From Amoebidium appalachense (Eukaryota; Protista; Ichthyosporea), in assembly GCA_963693365.1 (NCBI GenBank), contig CAVNZM010000005.1, positions 4,843,167-4,907,166 on the forward strand: DNA of 64,000 nt, given 5' to 3'. The notes beneath the pieces are model-generated. The model made no database searches. It saw nothing but the letters and a program-made list of their open reading frames with translations, and was not told where the DNA came from. This document shows positions 13,555 to 39,605 of the stretch, piece by piece. Within the stretch, counting starts at the first letter, position 1. Each line of letters begins with the position of its first letter. The translations under genes were made by a program, and so were the position numbers.

Positions 13555-14200
13555 GCTCTAGCTTTCAATAAGCACACTATAGAAACTACGAAAGTGTGAT
13601 GTTCCAACTTGCAACGGGACCGCCCAAACTTCAAAGGTTCGAATTCGCCCTGGCTGCAAACACTGGAACATGTCGGTTGTGGGGCAGAGATAGTTGGGAT
13701 GCAAATCACTGTTCAAGCCCTCTCTTGCGTTTGCAAATAAATCGATGAACCCCATATCTCGATTTTGCGCTTCTAGATATGTCACATTCCTTAACCGTTT
13801 TGTCGCGCATTTGCCATATATGGAAGTTGAGCCTTGAAAGGGCCCGGGGCCGGCCGGGCCCAGATCAGCAGCTCTGCGTATGTACGCGTCACGAACAGCA
13901 ACTTCGTTTATTTAACCCCAGACGACCAAATTCAAACATTCGATGTGACCTTATGATCACAAGATACATCATAGCCTTCACCGCCATATGTAGGCAGCAC
14001 TATGAATGTGAACTGTGTTTAGGTGTAGTTGCGAGGACTCAAACGAAATAGAGGCTCCTTTTCTGTTTGTTTGGAGAATTTTAGTTCTTGGTAGAATACA
14101 AACGAGGCAAGCACAAAAGCAACGTGTTGAGGAATTTGAGAACACATCTTCTGACTGCCTTTCCTTTTCTCCTACCCTCACCCTCCGGAGGCCTGTGGAG
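13555..14200. promoter_or_regulatory. Divergent promoter region of DCTN5 and the BAR-SH3 gene, including a probable 5'UTR exon of the latter
   Basis: Head-to-head genes and an SSR-free stretch. Donor GAG|GTAAAT at 14201 and acceptor CCACAG at 14498 imply a 5'UTR intron. An in-frame TAA precedes ATG 14518. Confidence 0.6.
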
Positions 14201-14517
14201 GTAAATGTGCTACTTTTTTGCGTTAATTCATACTCCTACCTTGTTCACACATTCCCTCCCCCTCCTTTCCCCCCCCCTCCCCCTCTGGTACAAGTTCTTT
14301 TCTTCTTGCACGATGATTTTTTTCTCTTCGCATCTATTTTTTCTGGTTTCTGCTGTTAACGTTGTGTTAACGCGTTCTATAACCTGTTTTCTTGTGCCCG
14401 AAGTCCCCAATTCTCTCCCCGTTGGTTTTTGTTTCAGGCCATGTCTTAAATCTCTGCTAACATCACACTCAATCGGTCCCACTTCAAAACAACCACAGGT
14501 GCACTTAACCGGGAAAA

Positions 14518-21415
<6,898 letters not shown>

Positions 21416-21527
21416 TATGTTTAGTACTCCTTTCTTTATTATTTATGTCAACCTTTCTGTGCTTCCGGTCGGAAACCCGCTGTATTGTTTGTCTGTGTGT
21501 GTGTTTTTGTCTGTCTTTTTTTTTTTT

Positions 21528-21558
<31 letters not shown>

Positions 21559-22092
21559 GGGGGAAGGGGGATACACATGCTCAAACATACATTATAAGAT
21601 GGCCACTTACTTGCTGTGCCTCGTGTATTTACTTGCATGACAAGTACTACTGGCACGGCAAAGCAAGAGCACTTTTCTTTGAAGAAAGGTGTTGGCGATG
21701 TGTTCACGAAAGATCCAATCCTCGCTGGTTGTATAACGTGACGTAACTGTGCGTGCTTAGCTGATATGTCTGTGCACTATGTATGTATTTAGTTGTATTT
21801 AGATAGATGTTGATGTAACTAACGTAGTCAGCCAAAATTTGCAACATATTTACTCCCACTAATCTTGGGTAAACTAAGCCATGCTAACCTGGCAACATCC
21901 AGGGGTTCTAATTCTTCGCCATCTCAAAATTTGTCGTTTCTTGATTGAATACTTGAAGTGTAAGTCCACGTCTATCTAGCACGTGCACCTGATTTACGGT
22001 ATATTTGGACCATTATATTCACATCAACAAAATAAAGTCATATGCAAGTCCCCTACGGTGTAAATGTGTGTGTGTGTGTACGTACATGCGAC

Positions 22093-22139
<47 letters not shown>

Positions 22140-22880
22140 ACGTGTGTGTATGTGTGTGTGTGTGTGTGTGTGCAGTATTATTTCCACTTCCTACTGGGTA
22201 ACTCGTGAAAATTTTCATACTTTCTTGCCTCCTAAGTACAAATGTGCCGTGCATTTTGAGCCTCTATCGATTGAATATATCCAGCCATGATCAAAGGGCC
22301 AAAAAAAAAAAAAAAAAAAAAAAATGGATATATGCGCCGCTCTCGGCATTTTGAAAGGATTCACACGTTTCCGTACGTGCAATACCATGCACGTGGCATG
22401 TTGAACTGATGATACCGATGCATCGCAACAATGCGGAAAAACTATATTTGTTGGTCACAAAGTTTGCAACATATCGTGACGTACGTACATATATGTTACA
22501 CACCGTGCACGTGTCAGCAACTTAGCTAAGCAACACCGTCCCCCCCCCCCCCCCCCCCCCCTCCACCCCCCCCCCCCTCCCTTCTGGCTGTACAACCCGA
22601 CAGTACCATTCGGATGTATGCCGTGTCCCTCAGTGACCAAGCACCCACATATCTGCAACAGGAGTGCTTTTCATGCTTGTGCAAGTATAGAGCACCACCA
22701 TACATGCTACACACGTGCACGGTGCTTGTCCATCAAGAACCTTGAAGTTCTGGTTCAGATGCCCAGCTCTTGGCTCGACGTCCCCCCAATAGGCCCCGAA
22801 TCTTTCTGATTCCTCCGGACACCCCTCTATCATTAGGTTTATGAGTTCCCCTTGCACCCACCCAGAGGTTTGGCCACTAG

Positions 22881-23002
22881 AGATTTCAGCTCGGCTTAAT
22901 TATTGGCTCCCTGGAGTGGAAAAACTTGAGCTAATCGTTATAGATTTCAGCTCGCCTTTTTATTGGCACCGGCTCCCGGGAGTGGATTAGATCCAGCTAA
23001 TC
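22881..23002 (+). repeat. Two imperfect tandem copies of a ~61-bp unit
   Basis: AGATTTCAGCTCG..TTATTGGC..GGAGTGGA..AGCTAATC starts at 22881 and again at 22942. Confidence 0.75.
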
Positions 23003-23120
23003 CCACTCCTGGCAGCTCACCAACACAACAGAGATTTCATGAGCCTCACAACACAATAGAGATTGCAAAGCAGAAATCTTTAAAATGTATGCTTGGGGGG
23101 CCGGGGAAGGATCCGGAAGT

Positions 23121-23151
<31 letters not shown>

Positions 23152-23444
23152 GAAACAAGGCAGCAATGCGCAAGTAGACAAGAGTTGTTTTGCTTGTTTG
23201 CTTGCTTGGTTTGGTTGATTGGTTGGTAGGGGGGGAAAGCGGCGGGAAAACTCGAGAGAGTTCTTGAGTAAGCTGGTTAAGTAACAGCTTAGAGGCCGGT
23301 GGTGGTTATTTTTTTTTTAAATTCTTTTTTGGCGGGTGGGAGGCGGGGGGGGGGGGGAGCTGACTACGCTACAAAGTACTGGTGGAGGGAAGGAAGGACC
23401 AGCAAGGAGAGCTGTTTGGTGTCGATGTGTCTCTGCTTAACCAG

Positions 23445-23475
<31 letters not shown>

Positions 23476-23517
23476 ACCACCACCACCACAAAAAACCCCC
23501 CTTTCTCCCTCCCCCCT

Positions 23518-24029
23518 GTCACAGGAATTTTTTGCACCGGGAAATTTTTGCGAAGTTTATTGTCAATAATTGAATTATCAATGAATGATTATCATGTCGA
23601 CGGGGTTTCAACTTGGGTGTTTTCGTGCTCATTGGTCGTAATCGCATTTAAATAGGAATCACACGCTACTGATAGCTGTTTTTGTTAATTTTAGCATTTT
23701 TTGGGCAACCAAAGAAAGTCAGCTTCGTGTCCCCCTAAACCCTCCGTTACGGTCACGGCCCTCTGTGTTCAGAGGGCCGTGGTAACGGGGGGAGGGGGGG
23801 ATTAAGTGCAAGCTGGGGTCGACTTTCGGCTCGATATCGAGCCGAAATCCTAAATAGAAACACATAACCAGCCAAACAGTGCAAGAGATAATAAAACAAC
23901 ATAACCGAGACAGAAAACCATTTCGAACACGTACAAGGTTAGGTGGCCTTTTTCTATATGGCCTTTTTCTATACAGTCTAGGGAGACGATCTCAGTGCAA
24001 AATTTCCCCGGTGCAAAAATTCCTGTGAC
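23518..24029. mobile_element. MITE with ~34-bp TIRs and internal hairpins, superfamily unassigned
   Basis: Left GTCACAGGAATTTTTTGCACCGGGAAATTTTTGC; right reverse complement GTCACAGGAATTTTTGCACCGGGGAAATTTTGC. Any TSD is obscured by flanking poly-C. Confidence 0.8.
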
Positions 24030-24091
24030 CCCCCCCCCCCCCCCTTCCCCCCGGGCCCGGACACACAGAGAGAGATACACACAGGGAGAGT

Positions 24092-24209
<118 letters not shown>

Positions 24210-24415
24210 CGCTAGCTAAAGACGAGCTTTGCATATGCAAAATCCCTGTGTTCATGTTTTGCATATTGCCATTGTGTGTTCCGTCCTAACTCGTTGTGCA
24301 TCGCATCGTGCGGTGTAGCACATCCAACCAACCCCCCCTCCCCCCCCCCTTCTTGTCCCCCTTTAGTGCATCGTGTGGTCCACCTTGCTCCGTTTTATTC
24401 GTGCCATTCTCAGAG

Positions 24416-24454
<39 letters not shown>

Positions 24455-25131
24455 ACCACACACACACCCCAAAAAAAAACTTTTGTGCACACACACACCA
24501 GCAGCAGCTGGCCGGGTGGCTGAACGGTTCGTCCATGGGTGTCCTACATTTGTGCATATCTTCACGTTTAATCTATCTGGTTTAAAAATTTAACAATAAC
24601 GATTGTGAATGCAACCTATAAATGTAATGATACGAGCAGGACTCCCAAACAGAAGCAATACAGACAAAGTCTTTACAAGTGTGGGCTGCACGGCTACCAG
24701 GCTATCCTTTGGGATTTCTGCTTTCAGGCAAGGTGCCAGCTAGCCACCCCCTAATTGTTTTGCGTGTACATACCAACTATTTGTCTGCTTCAAATAGACG
24801 ACGTCATATGATAAAGGGGGCATGATATTAATACAGGGTGTCCAGTATGTTGCAGGTAACGGCAGTTGTTTTGACCATCATATGTGCATGGCTCAGTCAG
24901 TGAGGCGCAGCTGGGCTGTGTCAATAAAAATCGGTTGAATGTGGAATAGCGGGACACGGTGCAGTGTGTCAACTTGGACTCTCTGCAAAGTTACCGTGCA
25001 TTGATTGTGGCAAAAACTTTAAGAGATGTGCACTGCCAAATATATTGCAATTCGTCGTCACGTTGCAATTGAATGTGATCTAATATTAATGTGATTTTCG
25101 TACATGTACAGTATCTTAGCTATAGACACGG

Positions 25132-25270
<139 letters not shown>

Positions 25271-25837
25271 CATGTTTTGGGGGAGGGGGGATGGGGGGGG
25301 AGGGATGCAACGTTAACAAGACTCGAAGGAGCAGGGGACTTCGAACCCCCTCCCCTCTCCCCCCCCCCTCCCCCCCCCCCCCCCCGCCCTCTTTAACCTG
25401 TAACCTGATTCCTTCTATCTTCTCTCCTCTCTCTCTCTCTCTCTTGATCTCTTGATCTCTCTCTTGATCTCTCGATCTCTCTCTCATATCTGTCGACGTC
25501 TCTTTCTCTTTCTCCCACTCTCTCACTCATCCTCCCCCTCCGGATTCCCCACGTGCACCCCTCTCCACCGGTACCTCTCCCTCTTTCCCTCTCAAGCTCT
25601 CTGAGACTTCCGGATCCCCCCACTCGAGTCCCCACTCTCCCGCAGGGCCCGCAGGGCCCGCTTTGTCTCTCTCTTCAAATCACTCTCTCTCTCTCCATCG
25701 CCTAGGCTCTTGCTCTGGCTAACACCCTCTCTCTCCCCCACCCTCTCTCTCTCTCGCTCACGCCCCTTCGAACTCCGGAGAAACATCGTGAGATACATTG
25801 TATATAATAACTCTGATCCAGTGTGTCTTTCCCCCCA

Positions 25838-25873
<36 letters not shown>

Positions 25874-25910
25874 CCCCCCCTCGCTCCCATCCCTTCGATT
25901 ACTCTCTCCT

Positions 25911-25957
<47 letters not shown>

Positions 25958-26722
25958 CCCGCGAATCCTCCCGGCCCTCCCGTCCACACAACATGCCCTC
26001 CCATGCATGCAGCCAGGAGCCTGACTCGCTGCCTGAGGCGTATGGAATGACAGGAATGTAAACAAGCCCAGCATTGCGATTGGATGGTAGTTTGTGATCC
26101 TATTGGATAAAAAAAACTGAGGAGTGTGCATGATGTTGAATAGTCAAATATGGCTTCATTTAGCCCAAGCCTATTGAATGATAACGCACCGACAATAGGA
26201 AAGCATGATTCTCCCAGGGTATCGCTGCGATGAAGTGTTTGTTACAGTTTGTATATCATGAAAGAAAGATGCACAAATGGCGGATGTATAATGTACACAG
26301 CAGTTTGTTCTTCGTTTTTTTTCTTTTTATATCTTTTTATCAGCATTATTGTTTATACATATGAACATCGGCATTTTTCAATAAAATAGTTGCCTCTTGA
26401 CACAGAAATCAGAAATCACCTTCCTTTTCGGGTGTGCCACTTGCCATTTTGGGCGGCTCCAAATTCCAAACCCAGCGCAGCTGAGCTGCCACCAGGCAAA
26501 CCCTCCTGTTGGAAAACAATAACACTCAAAAGGCTTCAACAGACTTTTCCAGCAAACCTTTCACGGTCCGAAGTATAGCTACAAGGTTGTAATACAGTCC
26601 TAACTCTTACACGGGGTTTTGACAAATTAACAAGCTATCGTCACAAAAGAACCCGTAGCTCCGCGGTCTGACGCATAAGCACAATCCAGAGAAATCCCAA
26701 AACGCATCTAACGATTAGGAAA

Positions 26723-33794
<7,072 letters not shown>

Positions 33795-33980
33795 ATGTTG
33801 AGTGTCCAAAGTATATCTTTGTTGTGCCAAGATCCAAGATAGATTAATAGTGAAAATTGGAAGTGATGGCATTCTCTATTATATTCAGTTTCTGAACATT
33901 CTCAAGATGTGCACATGCACCTGTGTGTGATGGTGGTGTATGGTGAGTAGGAATTTGAAGCCGGCCAAAGGGTGGGTGGG

Positions 33981-34015
<35 letters not shown>

Positions 34016-34933
34016 GGGGGGGAGGGGGTCGCTCTTGAGCTGAAAAGGTAGTGATTTGTGATTTTGCATAGAAGCTATTGCTTGTTCTCCTAGAACAATA
34101 TGCAAACAGAACAGAGCTTCCCGTTTTGCTGTACCCGCAGAAGCGGAGTATAAGGCACCTTTACCCCAATGGCTAGCGGTCTGAATGCCGTCGCGATAGT
34201 ATTAGCATAATTAATATTATGTGGTGTGTCTCCATGGATAAGGAGGAGTGGTTCGGGGATACTGGTACACACACGTTCAAGCGATACACAGTCAGGGGAC
34301 TGTGGTGTCCACCCACCATATGCAACACGATGAACTATAGCCAAAAACGTATGGATCCTTTGAACCAGGCACCTGCCCATTTATCAACAGCCCCCCCCCC
34401 CTCCCCCCCCCCCCCCCCCCCCCCCCCCATCGCCACCCCTTTGCCCCCCCTTCTTCCTTTAAATTTCCACACCAGGCCTGTTACTGGGCACTCCTACACA
34501 GTTAGTCCGCTCCAACTTTCTGTTTCCCTTTTCGCGACTCTCCTTCCTCTCGACCAAGAGCTTCTGCTATTCTACCCCCCCCCCCCCCTCCCCCCAACCT
34601 GCCCCCCCCCTCCCCCCCCCCCCCCTCCCCCCCCCCCCCTCTCCCCCGCCCCCTGGCCGGAGTCGAATCATCCAACAAAGTCAACGGGATGAAAGCAGTA
34701 ATAGATAGAGCTAGATATTGCACACACGGGATAACAAGAACACAAGGGTTGTGCTTGCAGTCGGTGCTGTATGTGGGTAAGCTATATGTGTTTGTGGACA
34801 GTGAAAACATAGGCCACACACGTTGTCGGGATAAACGCAGAAGCTTGTTAGCTGGACAATCCCGTGAATCGTTCGTTGTCACATCATGAATCAGTCACTG
34901 GGTTCCGTTCATTTTGGGGGGAGGGAGGGGGAA

Positions 34934-34975
<42 letters not shown>

Positions 34976-35164
34976 TGGCTACATACGGGGTTTCCCCGCA
35001 CACTTGCAAACAGCAGGTGATCATGGAGATCAACCACAAACGTTGTGCAGTGTTGTGTGACAAAAAAGCAGCTTCCAAGGGCTGCGCAGTGCGCTCACGA
35101 TCCTACCTACAAGTTGACAAAAGCATGATTGACGTCATTACACGTTTCCGTGTACATGAAGCCT

Positions 35165-35623
35165 ATTGGCTCCACCTTTTCAATAAAACTATATAAGGTA
35201 ACTATGAGAGCCAATCATTCTAAATTTGCATTCCTGCGACTGGAGTACGAGTGAGCACAACATGAGCACACAAGTTCACTTCACAACTTGCCCGAATGCT
35301 CACAATAAAAAATTGGAAAAAAAGCGAAGTAGTTTAGAGAAACAATTATTGTAATGAAAATAAAATTGTATTTAGAACCCTTTTTTTGTCGACATAGCAG
35401 TGAAAAGATGCGGCTCTCTACAAAACGTGCAAGTTTGGTCACTTTGGTGTGCTTGCGACGCCGCAGTTGATTGGCTATGGTTTCCATAAAATTCATCCAA
35501 TAAAAACATTTTGAAAGGAGGTTATGAAATTCCAACATAGTTTTACGAAAGCTACACCAATCGCATGGCTGAGTAACCATCCAATCGTTGAGCAGAATCA
35601 GTTTTGACTGTTGGGTATATAAA
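35165..35623 (+). promoter_or_regulatory. CCAAT-box cluster and TATA box upstream of the 35893 gene
   Basis: CCAAT/ATTGG at 35165, 35211, 35470, 35497, 35557, 35581; TATATAAA at 35616-35623. Candidate 5'UTR intron 35689-35781 (GTAAGG...TACTAAC...CACAG). Confidence 0.55.
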
Positions 35624-35892
35624 CGGGATGTCGGCGTAGTTAGAAGTCATGTTCGTATGCTCAACGGTTTGTGGTGTGAATGACACGAGTAAGGAAGGGT
35701 ATCAGTTAGGACCCTTTTTGCAAAGTGCCGGCAATACCATGTACGGCTACTAACCGAAACCACAACGCACAACCGTCACAGACCTAGGGTAGCACACACA
35801 CAAGCACTTTTGTCGTGTGCGCAGCTTCATCAATTTCCAGCAAAGCCCGCACACAAAAAAAAATCTCAAAAACACATCTATTTTATACAAAA

Positions 35893-36381
35893 ATGGTTTC
35901 AGCTACTGTTCTAATTGCCGCCGCCGCGCACGCCGCAGCAGTAACCGGTGCGTCCGTGCGCCAAATAAACAGCCCAGATGGCCAGAGTTCGACTGTTGTT
36001 ATTCCGGCAAGACAGAAGGAGGTCCGCTCACTTGACGACGACCCTATTCCCGGTGTGGACGGACACGCAGCTGCGCTTCAGTTCGACAAATACGCTGCTA
36101 GAATGCAAAACCGCACACGGCGCGGCGCTGTAAACGAAACGAATGTAAACAGAAACATTACCATCTCACGGCGAAGTAACATCGTGCAACCGTCAGGGTT
36201 TGGTGCCGGTTCTTCTTCAGATGCGCAAGATCATGACGCTTATTTCGAGGATACGCAGACGACGGTGGCGAGTATTGGGTTTGTGGTGGGCACGGCCATG
36301 GGGGTGTACCTTGTCAGCCAAAAGGGGAGCACGTTGGATCGGTGGATGGACAGTCTGCAGATTGCAGGGCTTCCGTGCTAG
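35893..36381 (+). CDS. Uncharacterised 162-aa type I membrane / prepro-peptide-like protein
   Basis: SSR-free ORF with AAAATGG start context. Ala-rich hydrophobic N-terminus (MVSATVLIAAAAHAAAVTGA), RTRR and RR sites, sequons NRT/NET/NIT, hydrophobic VASIGFVVGTAMGVYLV near the C-terminus. Confidence 0.75.
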   Translation: MVSATVLIAAAAHAAAVTGASVRQINSPDGQSSTVVIPARQKEVRSLDDDPIPGVDGHAAALQFDKYAARMQNRTRRGAVNETNVNRNITISRRSNIVQPSGFGAGSSSDAQDHDAYFEDTQTTVASIGFVVGTAMGVYLVSQKGSTLDRWMDSLQIAGLPC

Positions 36382-37071
36382 CTAGTATTAGGCTACCTCT
36401 AATGTGTTGGTGTGTTGGTTGAAAGTTTATGAGTATATAGTATTACGCAGAAATTAGGAATATAACAAGGGACAGCTTTCCGCAATTGTATGTACATGTG
36501 TATTCAAGGGCTCCTGGAAGAGTCCAATAGAGTAGCAGAGTGTAGATCACCTGTCCTAGTCATCAAAATTACACGTTTTCCTGTGCTGTGAATAGACATC
36601 AATGCCTTGCGTAGAAGCCTACACTTAATCCTTCCCCCCTCCCCCCTTTCCCCCCGCACATACTTTGCAGTACGTTCAATGGTCTGGAATCCTTTGTTTG
36701 GATTATAATACATGTGACATTCCCGAGGTACAGAACTGTAGACACGTGCACCGAAGCCTTGGTTACCCCCTCCTCCCCCTCCTCCCCCTCCTCCCCCCCC
36801 TCCCCCCCCTCCTCTATGTCTTCGTCCCCGGCTTCTAGCATGGTTTTTTCCTATTCCTTTTTACTATTGGTACACAAAAGCTTCATTTTGTTGCCCTTAA
36901 ACAACGTGAGGTCCAAAAACACCCACTCACTTTCAGTAAAACACATTGCATCCAATAGTGGCATTGGAACACCGTGGCCCATAAAGCATGGGTAGACTAT
37001 TGGACCTGGATAGATTCTGGAAGTTTTTGTTTATGCAACAAGGATGGTTATTTTTTATTTTTTTAATTTTT

Positions 37072-37102
<31 letters not shown>

Positions 37103-37823
37103 GGGGGGTCGGAAGCTGACCTCAGGAGGGGGGAGGGGGGGGGGCAGGGCAAAAAGACACCGGGGGGGGGGGGGGGGGGGAGGGAAAGGGGGGGGGGGGG
37201 GGGGGGGAGGCAAAGGGGACAAAGGGGGCCGGCTGGCTACCATGATGTGTTGAGATCAAATGGTAACGTTATGATAGGCATCTTATATGATCGATTGCAC
37301 CAAAAGCACTCTATGTATATAGCCAGAGGGCACAGTCGGTGTTGAAAAACGGTGTTTTGTACGAGGGACCCCAAGAGGTTTTTTCGGGAACAAAATGGGA
37401 TAAAAAACAATGCTGTTGAGATAACACTAAAGTAGAAATTGTTGCAGACATTGGCTCGGGGTACTGGTGCCCCCCCCCCCCCCTCGCCGAAGGGAGGGGG
37501 GGGGGGGGGGAGGGGGAGGTAACCCCCTTCCATTCCCCTCAAATCGGTCAGGTGGGAATTATTAGCTCTAGAGGGTGGTTACGGGCTACGGGGAGAGCTA
37601 AGGGGATGGAAAGAGTAATATCCGAAGCACAGTATAATGGAACGCTCACGATATCGATGCAACCACCTGCATGTGCGTTGTACAGTGTTTATTAGTCATG
37701 GTAACGTACTTGATCATGAAGAGTCAATTTTCCATTCAATTGTAAACAGTGCCCCGCACGGCTCAACCCGGCTTCCGAAACCAGTCCAGCGAACCAGCTC
37801 GCACGGGTACCGCCCATCCTCCC

Positions 37824-37885
<62 letters not shown>

Positions 37886-37949
37886 GGGCCCCTAAGGCCA
37901 GAATTCCCCCCCCTTTTCATTATAACCAGCATCGTTCTCGAATCCAACA

Positions 37950-38770
37950 GGCTCCCCTACATGAACATACCACGTGCATGTGGGTACGCGCACGTAAATG
38001 GTATTCCCATGGGACTTCAAGTGTATTACTAGGGCGGCGGCAGGGGCAGGTGAAACATCTTCGTCGAAGGCACAAAAATACACTGGATATCGATCCGGAC
38101 TAGATAGACTCGCACAATATAATAAGGCCATGGCAGCTGGTGTAGGGGTGCGCGCACATGTTTATGACACACAGTGGCATAATGGTACTTGTGGCACCAT
38201 CAGTCCCACATTAGGGGGTCAAGGTACCTGCACCTGCCTTGACTCGGAGCATGCAAGCAGCAGCACCGCTGGTGTACACCGTGCGTATGTTGAGACTTGC
38301 AACGTCTTGGCACTTGGCAAGCTCAAATCTGAGAAACATGTAGTGACCCAGAGCCACAGATTCTTCTTGAATAATAGATGTAAATCTAGCAACTGTGCCC
38401 CGTGTCCTAACTGTCCACTAGAGCCTGAAACCTATCGATATCACCTGCGTGCCCGCAAAAGGCACAACACAAATCGGTCGCCGCTGTTTGTCAAACAAAA
38501 AATCGGATTGTTGTGTTTCAAAGTCCAAAAAGGTGATTGGTTGATCTCGTTTTTTGGAGCCAAACTTTTAACCTATCATATTGATTCCTGGCACATTGGG
38601 TTTCGATTATGATTGGAGCCCTGGATGCAGCGAAAGATGATGCCTTTTGATTGGTGGAACACGCATCGTTTAAATATCGTTTTTTGATTCGGCAACAAGC
38701 AGTTGAGAACAAAGAAAGAGTCGGGCCCGTGCGACAGAAACTTCATGCAGGCTGAGGCCACCTAAATAAA
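37950..38770 (+). mobile_element. Probable 3' relic of a non-LTR retrotransposon
   Basis: ORF 37998-38612 contains CPNCPLEPETYRYHL, resembling the CxxC...ETxxH zinc knuckle at the end of LINE ORF2. No clear splice structure. Boundaries approximate. Confidence 0.4.
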
Positions 38771-38995
38771 TTATTAGCTGCTCATGACTGACGTTAAAAA
38801 AGGCTGGTTTGTTTTTTAAACAGCAATATTAACAGTTTTGGGGATTTTCAAGTTTGCAGTACTAGTTGGTTTAACATATGCCGGGGTTGTCCCCTGCATC
38901 CATCCATGCTATTGCTCAACGGTAGCTTTGTGTTTCGGGCTCCAAAAAGAAAGTTCGCACGTGCATATTCAGTTAGCAGCACCGTGTTACATTAA

Positions 38996-39289
38996 AGGGG
39001 GTTTCTTTTAGGCCGATTAATTGCACCTATTCCAGCACATCCGGGTCAAGCCATTTGTTCAGCATATAAATCATGATATTTCCTGCAATTTTTTCCTAAC
39101 GCTTTATTATTATTATTCCATTCTGTATTTCTTTTTTTTCCCTTTTCTTTTTCTTTTTTGTTGTATTATGGCGCATCTGTACCTTGCTGCCGGCCAAACG
39201 ATGGTGCACAACTGATGCGCAGCACGCCAATCATATAGCTAGAAACCCCTCTGACCCGACCCGGCTCGAAAAGCTAAAAGAAACCCCCT
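38996..39289. mobile_element. Kolobok-like MITE
   Basis: Perfect 16-bp TIR AGGGGGTTTCTTTTAG / CTAAAAGAAACCCCCT, flanked by TTAA (38992-38995, 39290-39293). A TTAA TSD with purine-purine termini is the Kolobok signature. Confidence 0.8.
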
Positions 39290-39605
39290 TTAAGAAGCAA
39301 TCCCGTCGCGCGAGGCTCAGTGACACTCGGAGTGACTCGCAAACCCGCGTCCTTTTTTGACATTTTCATTCATTCACACACGGTACTTTAGCTACTTAAG
39401 GTGTGAGACCAACGTACATACCCCTTTTTTGACGGTTTTAGAAGAACTTATAAGCTTCTCAAACACTCACTTCACGCACGCTGCAGTTTGCTAACGTGCA
39501 GATTGATCACGAGAGATCCTTTCTTTTCTTCTTTTCTTCTTCTTTTTATTTTCTTTTTCGGCTTGTTGAATACTAGTAGATTGAACTTTATTACAAAGTA
39601 GAAGA

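Noticed and set aside
24640-25030. LINE zinc-knuckle relic (GCPVCC...DHH)
   Set aside because: Multiple stops and frame changes; the similarity is too short to support.
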